A stretch of DNA of 64,000 nt, from positions 64,001 through 128,000 of the forward strand of contig JBGPGO010000005.1 in NCBI GenBank assembly GCA_041483895.1. The letters are read 5' to 3'. Every line of letters starts with the position of its first letter. Positions within the stretch are counted from its first letter, which is position 1. Under the pieces are notes generated by a model that was not told the DNA's origin, ran no database searches, and saw nothing but the letters and a program-made list of their open reading frames with translations. The position numbers were made by a program, and so were the translations under genes. Shown here one piece after another: positions 35,815-44,920 of this stretch. This DNA comes from Fimbriimonadia bacterium. GTDB taxonomy: Bacteria; Armatimonadota; Fimbriimonadia; Fimbriimonadales; JABRVX01.

Positions 35815-38265
35815 CTAATGGTCGCCCTTCGCGCCAAAGTTGACAAAAACGATGTTGAGGTCCTTCAGATCGACCGCGCCGCTCCGATCCAAATCGCCAT
35901 CCCCGACCCCACCAAATGCCATGAAGATCGCATTCATGTCCGCCACGCCGACCACGTTGTCGCCATTCGCATCGCCGTTGATCAGTGACACATTAACAAC
36001 CTGATCCCCGGCCCCCAGATCGACGCCAGGTACGGTCCGCCGCAACCAGCTGCCGGTCTGATAGGCGACATCGAGCGCCCGCGCCGGGGCGGCGGCGGTG
36101 TAGTTGCCGGCCGCATCAATCACGCAAGATTGGAATATGCCGGCGGCATCCCCCGGCTGACGAAAATCGAGCGACAAGAACTGTGGCGGCGGCCCGGCCA
36201 AATTCCCTAAGTCCAACTTGCCGCTCAACTTTCGTTGCCACAGCTCATATCGACTCACAGAATCATCGTTTACGCTGACCGTCGTTCCGTCGCTTAACGC
36301 ATATACCTCCAGCCCACCGATGGGACATACGGCAACCGGATTTCCGCCGGCATCCACTGCGAACGTCTTCAGATAATCATAAACGTTGAGAAAACCGTTC
36401 ACGTCGATGAACATGCCAGTGAAACCACCCGTCCTCTTCCAAAGTATTTGCCCGATCGGAGAATATGCAATAATTCCGTTGCTGCCGAGCGCGAATAGGC
36501 CGCCGTTCTTACCCCAAATCACTTTGTTGAGCGACCATCCCTCGCTATACCACTTATTTGACCCGTCAGGATTGAACACATAGGTGGTTCCCACGGCGTC
36601 TGATTGGGTTCCGCTGATGGTTGCCAATGCCACAGCACCATCCGATTGAAGATCGATACCTGCGATCCATCGGGTTGTAAATTCACGCTGCCATATCATG
36701 CTACCGTTGCCGTCAAGAACAATAATGCTGCCCGCGACAGCATTGCTACGGTTTGCGACCGTGTAAATTCTGCCGTTGTCGCCGAGCTTGATTTGCCGAA
36801 TGTTGCCGTCATAATAGGCCCAGAGGAGCCCAAAATCCGCGTTGACGCACAAGATTGACCCACTGAAGAGCAGCAAAATCGAACCGTCGACCCGAGGCAC
36901 CGCATCCCAGAACGATCCCATCAGAGTACCAACTGCTTGACCATGCTTATCGATGATCCGCAATCGATCCCAAGTGCATAGATATGCATTGCCCTTTGAA
37001 TCGAATTTGGGAGGATTTGCTGTATATCCTGAAGAATTGCGCCACAGTTCATTGCCATATTTGTCCAGGCGTACAAGGTAACTTCCAGTTGAGCTATATT
37101 CAATCATTCGGTAGATCGTGTCGTCAGGTGCAATTGTTCCATGAAAGCCAGTATCGCCATAGATCAACCATTTAATATCATACGTTAGACGGTGTACTGA
37201 GCCTTCTCGCACCACCGCACCGTCCGCGGTAAAGAGCGGCCAGTAGGCGTAAGCATCCCGAAGCAGCCTGCCATCAGGACGGAATATCTGTACGCCGGTG
37301 TGTACATAGCCCTCGGCCGTCACGCCTACCAAGTCTCCGTAACCGTCACAAGGAGTGCTCCACTTCACCGAACCGGAAGGATCAATGGCGTTGAGGAGGA
37401 CCGCATGAGGTGCTGGTCGGCTTGAAAGATAGATTGTGCCATCCGGTCCGATCACCACTTCGTCCGATGCACCAGGCAACTTGAAACGCCAATGAATGGC
37501 GCCGTCCTGCCCGTAGGCATTTAGATATCGATCCGATGTCGCAAAATAGATCGTTCCGTCGTCCCCAATGGCCGGTTGCATATAGGAGGTAAACAGGCCG
37601 TCCGACACCCTCCAAAGAAGCTTTCCGTCCGAATTGTGAACATCGTAATGGGCAAGGTTGTCCAAGTAGCCGTAACCGTATACCAGAATCTGCCCCGTTG
37701 AGCTGATGAGGATTCTTGGGTCATCCATTTCGCCAGGAACCGACCAGGCGAGCGCGCCGTTCGGACGAATCTTGTATAGCAGCGGAGAGGTGCTCCCACT
37801 TTCGCAGCCAAAGTAGATGTTCCCTTGGACATCGATCGCCGTATCGGAATAGCAGTTTTCCGCGGCATGAAATCTCCACTTTTCCGTGCCATCCGAATTT
37901 ATGGCTACCAAATAATCGCGAAACAATCCATATACCGTTCCGTCCGCCGCCACGGTCAAGCCGGAATTAAATTCGTTGCTTCCCAAACCGGTAAAGGTCC
38001 ATAGATGCTTGCCAGCGAGCGTGTATGCGTCAAGGCAGCTATCGTCATTGTTCGTGCCATATAGGTTCCCGTTGGCATCCAGGGCCAGTGGCTGGAAGTT
38101 CATGGGTAGCAAACCACATCGAAAATTCTTACCGGCAAACGACAATGGGCACAGTGCCGTGTTCTTGGCGTCGTGGCGGGACATCGGCCATGGACTGCCC
38201 GGCTGGGGCTGCGCAAAGGCCGACACGAGCCATGCGCAGAGCAGGCAGGTCGTGATTCGCTTCAA
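35815..38265 (-). CDS. Secreted PQQ-like beta-propeller protein with C-terminal Ig-like + dockerin-like module
   Basis: Signal peptide, SPWPMSRHD, repeated DGT.Y..A...DG..KW; SWLRR...NGDANGDN...DLDRSG...FGAKGDH. Confidence 0.85.
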   Translation of the reverse strand: MKRITTCLLCAWLVSAFAQPQPGSPWPMSRHDAKNTALCPLSFAGKNFRCGLLPMNFQPLALDANGNLYGTNNDDSCLDAYTLAGKHLWTFTGLGSNEFNSGLTVAADGTVYGLFRDYLVAINSDGTEKWRFHAAENCYSDTAIDVQGNIYFGCESGSTSPLLYKIRPNGALAWSVPGEMDDPRILISSTGQILVYGYGYLDNLAHYDVHNSDGKLLWRVSDGLFTSYMQPAIGDDGTIYFATSDRYLNAYGQDGAIHWRFKLPGASDEVVIGPDGTIYLSSRPAPHAVLLNAIDPSGSVKWSTPCDGYGDLVGVTAEGYVHTGVQIFRPDGRLLRDAYAYWPLFTADGAVVREGSVHRLTYDIKWLIYGDTGFHGTIAPDDTIYRMIEYSSTGSYLVRLDKYGNELWRNSSGYTANPPKFDSKGNAYLCTWDRLRIIDKHGQAVGTLMGSFWDAVPRVDGSILLLFSGSILCVNADFGLLWAYYDGNIRQIKLGDNGRIYTVANRSNAVAGSIIVLDGNGSMIWQREFTTRWIAGIDLQSDGAVALATISGTQSDAVGTTYVFNPDGSNKWYSEGWSLNKVIWGKNGGLFALGSNGIIAYSPIGQILWKRTGGFTGMFIDVNGFLNVYDYLKTFAVDAGGNPVAVCPIGGLEVYALSDGTTVSVNDDSVSRYELWQRKLSGKLDLGNLAGPPPQFLSLDFRQPGDAAGIFQSCVIDAAGNYTAAAPARALDVAYQTGSWLRRTVPGVDLGAGDQVVNVSLINGDANGDNVVGVADMNAIFMAFGGVGDGDLDRSGAVDLKDLNIVFVNFGAKGDH

Positions 38266-38266
38266 A

Positions 38267-40687
38267 TCAATCGTCTCCCATCACTCCATAGTTGGAGAAC
38301 ACGATATTCAAATCTCGAAGGTCGATGACGCCGCTTCGATCCAAGTCGCCCGGTCCCTGCCATCCAAACGCCACGAAGATCGCGTTCATGTCCGCCACAC
38401 CAACCACGTTGTCGCCATTCGCATCGCCGTTGATGAGTGACACATTGACAACCTGATCCCCGGCCTCAAGATTGACGTCGTGCGCCGTCCGCCGCAGCCA
38501 GCTGCCGGTCTGATAGGACACGTCCAATCCTCGCGCCGGAGCGGCGGCCGTATAGTTGCCGCCAGCATCGATGGGACATGACTGGAACAGACCTGCCGCC
38601 TCGCCGGGGGGTCGAAAATCGAGAGACAAGAACTGCGGCTGCGGTCCGGCCAGATTGCCTAAGTTCAGATTTCCATTTATGGCGCGTGGCCAAAACTCGA
38701 ACCGATACACCATCTCGTTTCCACTGGCAATAATGGAGCCGTCTGGAAGAGGGGTCATTTCGCCGCCGGCTTCTGTGCAAATGGCGACAAGTTTGCCGGC
38801 ATTGTCGAAAGCGAGCGTGCCTCCCAAAATTCCGACGACAGCGAGATTATTTCGATCGACCGTTAGTCCAAGGCACTCATCGGGCAACGACCAAGCGATG
38901 TGACCGTCAGCAGCATAGGCATTCATGCCAAGGTCCCCAGCCGCGAACAGATACCCATCGACTCCCCAAGCGACCCAGCTCATCGCATTTCCATTGCTGG
39001 TCCACTTTAGTCCGCCGTTGGAATCGAGTACGTATATGGATCCGGTTGATTGATATCCCGGCAGGTCAACAGCTGCGATGGCGATTGTTCCATCTGCCCG
39101 ATGCGCGAAGGCATTGAGCTTTTTTCTGGAAAACGTCTGATTCCAGAGCTTGCTGCCGTTGGAGGCGAGGGCGATTAATTCAGACCAACTGTTGTCTCCT
39201 GCAACATACCGATTCAAGAAAATGGTGCCGCCGGGTCTCAATTCCAGGTTTACGATGTACCCGTCATAGTAAGCCCAGAGTACTCTGAATTCCTCGTCAA
39301 CGGACAATATGGAACCGCTGAACAGAAGCAGTATGGAACCATCTGCACGCGGCAAGGCTTTATTGAATGAACCACTCAGTGATTTCTTAGGATTCCCATC
39401 TTGATCGAATACCTGTAAGTGGTCCGAGTAGCAGGCGAACACGTTGCCGTGTCCATCGACCGTTACTGCGCGACCTAAATTCGGTGTGAACTTCCTCCAC
39501 CGCTCCTGTCCCTCCCCATCGAAACGTAGGAGAAACTTGTCTCCATAATTCTGGCCGTACACCAAACGATAGACGCTACCGTCCGGACCAACCGTGGTAA
39601 GCAGCGCTAAGTCCGCATAGACACCAAAACGAACGAAACTGGTTTCCCTTTGGGCGGCGAATTGACCAATAAGAACGCCGTCACTTGTGAACATCGCAGT
39701 ATGCGCAAACGACCTGGGAAGGAACTTCCCTTTTGGTGAATAGACTTCCGTACTGATGTGAATGTTGCCTTCAGGCGTCATGGAAAGATCGCCGATAGGA
39801 TAGTAGCATGGCACTGCCCACAGCTCGTTTCCATTGATGTCTACCGCATGCAAGTAATAGGACTTAATGCTTAGCCCTACCGCGTCGGCTCCCAACACAT
39901 ATATCGTTCCGTCCGGACCGATTACGGGCGATTTCGTAGCCCCTTGGATCGCAGTCCTCCACTTTTCCTCGCCAGTGAGGGAAAGAGCAATCAACTGTTG
40001 ATCGTACGATGGAATGTAAATTGTGCTGTCATTTCCAATCGCCGGTCCACCGGACGCGCTGAAGCGATCATCGCGCGTCCAGAGTAGATTTCCGTCAGAA
40101 TCGTATGCGAGCAACGCCAACTGGTGTGCGATCAAGACTATTCCGGTCGGGCCAATTCGGACTACCGGCCCGTACCACGGTTCTGGCAACAACCGTGACC
40201 ACAGTAGCTCGCCGCTGGGAGAAATTTTGACAAGGTGACCATCGGCGCCATACGTTGCGAAATAGACGCTCCCGTCTTGGTTGATAGCGGAAGACCAAAC
40301 GACGTCATATTTGTCCGCAGTCGGCACTCTCCATTTCTCGGTCCCATCAGATCGTAGCGCAACCAGGGCTCCCTCGCATCCGGCGTAAACCGTCCCATCG
40401 GCGGCAACGGTGATTGACTGAGCACAAGCATTCGATGTCCACTTAATACTGCCATCCAGCCTCCATGCCGAATTAGACCCATACACAGTGGCGTCAGAGT
40501 CAATCGCAAGCGGGTAAAAATCCGGCGGGTAGGCGGCGATGCGGAAACTCGGACCCGCAAAGGCGAGGGGGCAGATGCCGGTGTTCTTGGCGTCGTGGCG
40601 GGACATCGGCCATGGACTGCCCGGCTGCGGTTGGGCTAGCGCAACGGCGGTGAGGAGAAGCGCGGTGAGGAAACCGTAGTGCTTCAT
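38267..40687 (-). CDS. Secreted PQQ-like beta-propeller protein with C-terminal Ig-like + dockerin-like module, tandem paralog
   Basis: Same architecture as 35815..38265; ends NYGVMGDD. Confidence 0.85.
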   Translation of the reverse strand: MKHYGFLTALLLTAVALAQPQPGSPWPMSRHDAKNTGICPLAFAGPSFRIAAYPPDFYPLAIDSDATVYGSNSAWRLDGSIKWTSNACAQSITVAADGTVYAGCEGALVALRSDGTEKWRVPTADKYDVVWSSAINQDGSVYFATYGADGHLVKISPSGELLWSRLLPEPWYGPVVRIGPTGIVLIAHQLALLAYDSDGNLLWTRDDRFSASGGPAIGNDSTIYIPSYDQQLIALSLTGEEKWRTAIQGATKSPVIGPDGTIYVLGADAVGLSIKSYYLHAVDINGNELWAVPCYYPIGDLSMTPEGNIHISTEVYSPKGKFLPRSFAHTAMFTSDGVLIGQFAAQRETSFVRFGVYADLALLTTVGPDGSVYRLVYGQNYGDKFLLRFDGEGQERWRKFTPNLGRAVTVDGHGNVFACYSDHLQVFDQDGNPKKSLSGSFNKALPRADGSILLLFSGSILSVDEEFRVLWAYYDGYIVNLELRPGGTIFLNRYVAGDNSWSELIALASNGSKLWNQTFSRKKLNAFAHRADGTIAIAAVDLPGYQSTGSIYVLDSNGGLKWTSNGNAMSWVAWGVDGYLFAAGDLGMNAYAADGHIAWSLPDECLGLTVDRNNLAVVGILGGTLAFDNAGKLVAICTEAGGEMTPLPDGSIIASGNEMVYRFEFWPRAINGNLNLGNLAGPQPQFLSLDFRPPGEAAGLFQSCPIDAGGNYTAAAPARGLDVSYQTGSWLRRTAHDVNLEAGDQVVNVSLINGDANGDNVVGVADMNAIFVAFGWQGPGDLDRSGVIDLRDLNIVFSNYGVMGDD

Positions 40688-40794
40688 ACAGGTAAGTATA
40701 TCACGTTTGGGAAGTTACCGCGCGCGACCGTTTGGGTCAACGCCATCCCCGTCCAATCGGCCTGCGGGGTCGCGGATACGGAATCGTCCATAAT

Positions 40795-41943
40795 ATGCGC
40801 GTGAACGATTTTCTTGCAATCAGGGAGCAGATACCGACCCTCAAAGACCTCACTTTCCTGGTCAGCGCCTCCTTTGGCCCACTCTCGAACCCATCGCGGT
40901 GGGCGCTGAGGCAGTACATGGACGACTGGGAGGAATACATCCTGCGTGGCCTATGGCAAGAAATCTACACACGGGTCAGCGACAAAATCGCCCGCGTCAT
41001 CGACGCGGAGTCGAACACTATTTCCCTGCACCAAAACAGCACCATGGCCGCCGCCGTCGCCATGTCCTGCTACGAATTCACGCCACAGCGAAACAAAATC
41101 GTGATGACAGAGCATGACTTCACATCCTTCGCCTACACTTGCCTCCAGCACGAACGTTGCGGCGCGCGGCTGTGTATCATCCCGTCGCGAAACGGATTCA
41201 GCATCGATCAAGATGAGTTGCTCGACGCGATCGACGACGAGACGCTGTTCGTAGCCGTATCCCACGCATTTTTCCGCTCCGGTTACATGATCGATGCCGC
41301 AAGCGTGTGCGAAAAGGCGAGAAGAGTGGGCGCGAAGGTGATCTTAGATGTGTATCAGTCCGCCGGCGCAGTGCCCTTGCAAACCAAAGAGTGGGGCGCA
41401 GATTTTGTAGTCGGCGGAATGGCCAAATGGCTGTTCGGCGGCGAAGGAGTCGGCTACCTCTACGTCCGTCCCGATCTCGCGACGCAAATCGTTCCGAAGC
41501 TGACCGGCTGGCGCGCGCACAAGCGTGGCTGGGAGTTCGACATCTACCATTTCGAACCCGCCGAAGCCCCAACGCGATTCATGAGCAGCTCCTGGAACGT
41601 CGCGGGAACGTACGCCTGCGAGCCGCCACTAGACGTGATTCTTGGCATCGGATTGGATCGAATTCGTGAGAATTCTTTGCGCCAGACCGACCATATCATC
41701 GTAGAGGCCGATCGCCGAGGATGGCCGCTGCGGGGTTCCCGCAATCACGCAACCCGCGCCGGTTTCGTCACCCTCGACATTCCGTACGGACGAGAGTTGG
41801 AAAGCGCGCTGTGCGATGAGAAGATCCTCGTGGACTATCGCGCGGGTGGTGGGATACGAATCTCGCCGCATCTGTTCAACACTATGGAAGATATCGACAC
41901 CTTTTTCGTCGCCGCCGACGCTTGGCTTGGTGCGGCGGTATGA
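40795..41943 (+). CDS. Class V PLP-dependent enzyme (kynureninase-like), divergent paralog
   Basis: LDVYQSAG, GGMAKWLFGGEG (PLP lysine), RISPHLFN; start may be GTG 40801. Confidence 0.85.
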   Translation: MRVNDFLAIREQIPTLKDLTFLVSASFGPLSNPSRWALRQYMDDWEEYILRGLWQEIYTRVSDKIARVIDAESNTISLHQNSTMAAAVAMSCYEFTPQRNKIVMTEHDFTSFAYTCLQHERCGARLCIIPSRNGFSIDQDELLDAIDDETLFVAVSHAFFRSGYMIDAASVCEKARRVGAKVILDVYQSAGAVPLQTKEWGADFVVGGMAKWLFGGEGVGYLYVRPDLATQIVPKLTGWRAHKRGWEFDIYHFEPAEAPTRFMSSSWNVAGTYACEPPLDVILGIGLDRIRENSLRQTDHIIVEADRRGWPLRGSRNHATRAGFVTLDIPYGRELESALCDEKILVDYRAGGGIRISPHLFNTMEDIDTFFVAADAWLGAAV

Positions 41944-43091
41944 CCGATCTCCTGCAGTGGCGCAAAGAGTTTCCCATTCTGGAAACGACCACCTATCTGA
42001 TCAGCAACTCTTTGGGCGCCATGCCGCGCCGGGCCATCGATCGATTGTCAGAATATACACAGCTCTGGGCGACGCGCGGCGCGCAATCGTGGCACGAAGC
42101 GTGGTGGGATAAGCCTCGACAGATTGCGGATAAGGTAGCGCCGCTGATCGGCGCGGACGCGGGGACTGTCAGCATCCAATTGAATATCACATCCGCGGAG
42201 GCCGTCGTCGCATCATGCTTCGATTTCAGCGGCCCCCGAAACAAAGTCGTGTTCGAAGACATGAACTTCCCTTCCGTCGCCTACTTTTGGCGCGAGCAGC
42301 AACGAATTGGCGCCCGCATCGAAGTAGTACCAACCGACGGCGTGCATGTTGATACCGAGCGCATGTTGGATGCCATTGACGACACAACACTGTTGGTACC
42401 GGTTTCCCATGTGCTGTTCCGCTCGGCCTTCATCCAAGACGCCGAAGCGATCTGCCAAAAGGCGCACAAGGTCGGCGCGCGCGTCGTGCTGGATACCTAT
42501 CAATCCACCGGCATCCTTCCGGTCAATGCAAAGAAGCTGGGCGTGGATTTTGTTGTTGGGGGAACTCTAAAGTGGCTGTGCGGCGGTCCCGGCGTCGCGT
42601 TCCTCTATGTACGTCCGGATTTAGCCGCCAAATTGGAGCCGCGGTTTACCGGTTGGTTCGCCCACCAAAAACCCTTCGATTTCGATTTCGACAACTTTGT
42701 TCGAACTGACGACAGCTATCGTTTCATGAACGGCACGCCCAACATCCCCGGCCTCTATGCGTGCGAAGCGGGGCTGGATATTATCGGGCAAATCGGCGTC
42801 GAAGCGATACGAAGCAATTCCATGCGCCAAACCGCAAAGATAATCGAGATGGCCCAATCGCGCGGATGGGAAGTCACCGCCCCATTGATTGCTGAAGTAC
42901 GCGCCGGCACTGTCGCCCTGGACCTGCCGGATAGCGAGAACATTTGCAATCGCCTCATCGCGCAAGACATTCTGGTGGACTATCGCCCCAAGGCTGGCGT
43001 GCGAATCTCCCCCCACTTCTACACCTCGGACGAAGAGATCGACGCAGCATTCACAGCGATTGAACAGATTATGCTTGTGAAAGCGCTTTAG
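41940..43091 (+). CDS. Class V PLP-dependent enzyme (kynureninase-like)
   Basis: YLISNSLGAMP, LDTYQSTG, GGTLKWLCGGPG, GWFAH, RISPHFY; ATGA overlap. Confidence 0.85.
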   Translation: MTDLLQWRKEFPILETTTYLISNSLGAMPRRAIDRLSEYTQLWATRGAQSWHEAWWDKPRQIADKVAPLIGADAGTVSIQLNITSAEAVVASCFDFSGPRNKVVFEDMNFPSVAYFWREQQRIGARIEVVPTDGVHVDTERMLDAIDDTTLLVPVSHVLFRSAFIQDAEAICQKAHKVGARVVLDTYQSTGILPVNAKKLGVDFVVGGTLKWLCGGPGVAFLYVRPDLAAKLEPRFTGWFAHQKPFDFDFDNFVRTDDSYRFMNGTPNIPGLYACEAGLDIIGQIGVEAIRSNSMRQTAKIIEMAQSRGWEVTAPLIAEVRAGTVALDLPDSENICNRLIAQDILVDYRPKAGVRISPHFYTSDEEIDAAFTAIEQIMLVKAL

Positions 43092-43962
43092 CCAATCGGC
43101 CGGCAAGCCGCGCGTTCTTCACCAGCAGGCCACAATTCGCTTCCAACGGACGGCCGTCCAACGTATCGGACAGCGCGCGCAGCAGGTACGGGGTCAGTTC
43201 CCTTCCGCTAATTCCCGTTGCATACGCGTCCTCCACGGCCCGATGCACAACCGCATCGATCTCGGCCTTCGGAATCGCCACCTCCTCGGGCGGCGGTTGG
43301 CAAAGCAAAATGGCTTGCCGCAACCCGTGACGGTGGTGCGCAAACATGATCTCCACAACCTGCTGTGGACCGGAAACACTGGCCGTCGCTCGAACTCCGG
43401 AATCGGCGGAATAGAACGCGGGGACAAAATCCGTCTGATAGCCCAGCACCGGCACGCCGTGCGTTTCCAGCAGCTCCATTGTGGATTCAATATCAAGCAC
43501 GGCTTTCGGACCCGAGCAAACGACCAACATCGAAATCTCCGCCAGTGCGAGAATGTCGTTTGACACGTCGCAGGAATTGTGCAGATGCACCCCTCCGATC
43601 CCGCCGGTCGCCAGCACCTGAATTCCCACCTGCTTCGCGGCAAACATGGTGGCCGATACGGTTGTCCCGCCATGCTCGCCCCTTGCGGCGACAATGGCCA
43701 GATTCTGGAGATTCACTTTGGAGCACTCGCGGGTTTCGGCAAGGGTTTCCAGTTGATGGCCATTGAGGCCGACCCTGATCTGTCCTTGCCACATGCCGAT
43801 GACGGCCGGCACTGCGCCCTCCTTCCGGATGGCGTGTTCCATCTGCCGCACGGTCTCCAAGTTTCTCGGGGCCGGCAGTCCGTGGGTAAGAACGGCTGTT
43901 TCCAAAGCCACGACGGGCTTTCCGTCTCTCAGCGCTTCGGCAACCGGCGGCTCGACGATCAC
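43069..43962 (-). CDS. psuG: Pseudouridine-5'-phosphate glycosidase
   Basis: PVVALETAVLTHGLP.P.N, GGTTVSATM, ATGGIGGVH, DVSND, G.KAVLDI, TPYLL. Confidence 0.93.
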   Translation of the reverse strand: MIVEPPVAEALRDGKPVVALETAVLTHGLPAPRNLETVRQMEHAIRKEGAVPAVIGMWQGQIRVGLNGHQLETLAETRECSKVNLQNLAIVAARGEHGGTTVSATMFAAKQVGIQVLATGGIGGVHLHNSCDVSNDILALAEISMLVVCSGPKAVLDIESTMELLETHGVPVLGYQTDFVPAFYSADSGVRATASVSGPQQVVEIMFAHHRHGLRQAILLCQPPPEEVAIPKAEIDAVVHRAVEDAYATGISGRELTPYLLRALSDTLDGRPLEANCGLLVKNARLAGRLAKALSQA

Positions 43963-44828
43963 GGACGCGGCTGAGCCATCAATTTGAGGCTCTTGTCGAA
44001 CTCAGTCAATATCTTTTCTGTGATCAGCCCCGTGTAGACGACGACACTCTTGCCGTTTGGATTCGGAACGAGCTGATAATCGTCGTTGATCGTGGGCGCG
44101 GGTTGGGTCTTGGCATATCCGGAACCGGCCCGCACGAACAACACCGCGGCGGCCAGATCCCATAGTGACGCCGGTTGTGTGCCGATCGTCTCCGATAGCT
44201 GGCCGATCATCGCGCCTGCCTTGCCGTAGGCGCCGTATCGTTTCTTGAGGTCGGGACCGCTCAATTTCAGGCCGTCAGCGACTCCCGCGGCGGGGATCCA
44301 GGTCAACTTCGCGGAGGAGGACATCAGCGTCCGGGCCGCTCCCAAATCGTTCGCAAGGTTGAAATCGCCTCTGCCTCCACCGGGCAGCGGGCCCCCGCCG
44401 ACCCAATAAACCCAGAAGTTCCCGGCCGCCTTGGGGCTGGCCTGGATGGCAGAGGCAACATCGGTCGCAGTGGCAATGCACAGGACGTACAAATCGCCCG
44501 CCTCGCCAAGCTCGACCAGTTTCTTCGCGCCTTCCGAAATCTCCGCAGGATGCGGTCCGTCCGCACCGAGCCAGACCGGGATGTTGCTTGCGCCCAGCGA
44601 TTTCAAGACAGACTTCGCGCTCTCCTGGGCCTGCTTGTTGGTGCCGGGAGCTCCGTAATGGGTGGCCACGATCCCGCGAATATCGATTTGCGGCGAGGCC
44701 AAAAGCTCCATGATCGCCAATTGGTCGTCCACCCAATTGCCGCAATCGGTAACAACGACGACCTTCCGCGCCCCCCAGGACGAGGCAGCCAACACTAACA
44801 TCGATGCGAAAAGCACATAACGAACCAT
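43959..44828 (-). CDS. Nucleoside hydrolase (IU-NH family) with N-terminal signal peptide
   Basis: TDCGNWVDDQLAI aspartate motif, FNL..D..AA, LWD; N-terminus MVRYVLFASMLVLAASSWG. Confidence 0.8.
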   Translation of the reverse strand: MVRYVLFASMLVLAASSWGARKVVVVTDCGNWVDDQLAIMELLASPQIDIRGIVATHYGAPGTNKQAQESAKSVLKSLGASNIPVWLGADGPHPAEISEGAKKLVELGEAGDLYVLCIATATDVASAIQASPKAAGNFWVYWVGGGPLPGGGRGDFNLANDLGAARTLMSSSAKLTWIPAAGVADGLKLSGPDLKKRYGAYGKAGAMIGQLSETIGTQPASLWDLAAAVLFVRAGSGYAKTQPAPTINDDYQLVPNPNGKSVVVYTGLITEKILTEFDKSLKLMAQPRP

Positions 44829-44920
44829 TCTCGCCTCCTCTTTGCCACTTGGATTACGCTTCTGGCCGGTAGATTGTTACGGGCGAAGTCTACCATTGGG
44901 TACGAAGGTAGAATTCCGGT

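Noticed and set aside
14321..40687. Cellulosome interpretation of the dockerin-like tails
   Set aside because: No cohesin/scaffoldin is in the window and none of the six cargo domains is a recognisable cellulase
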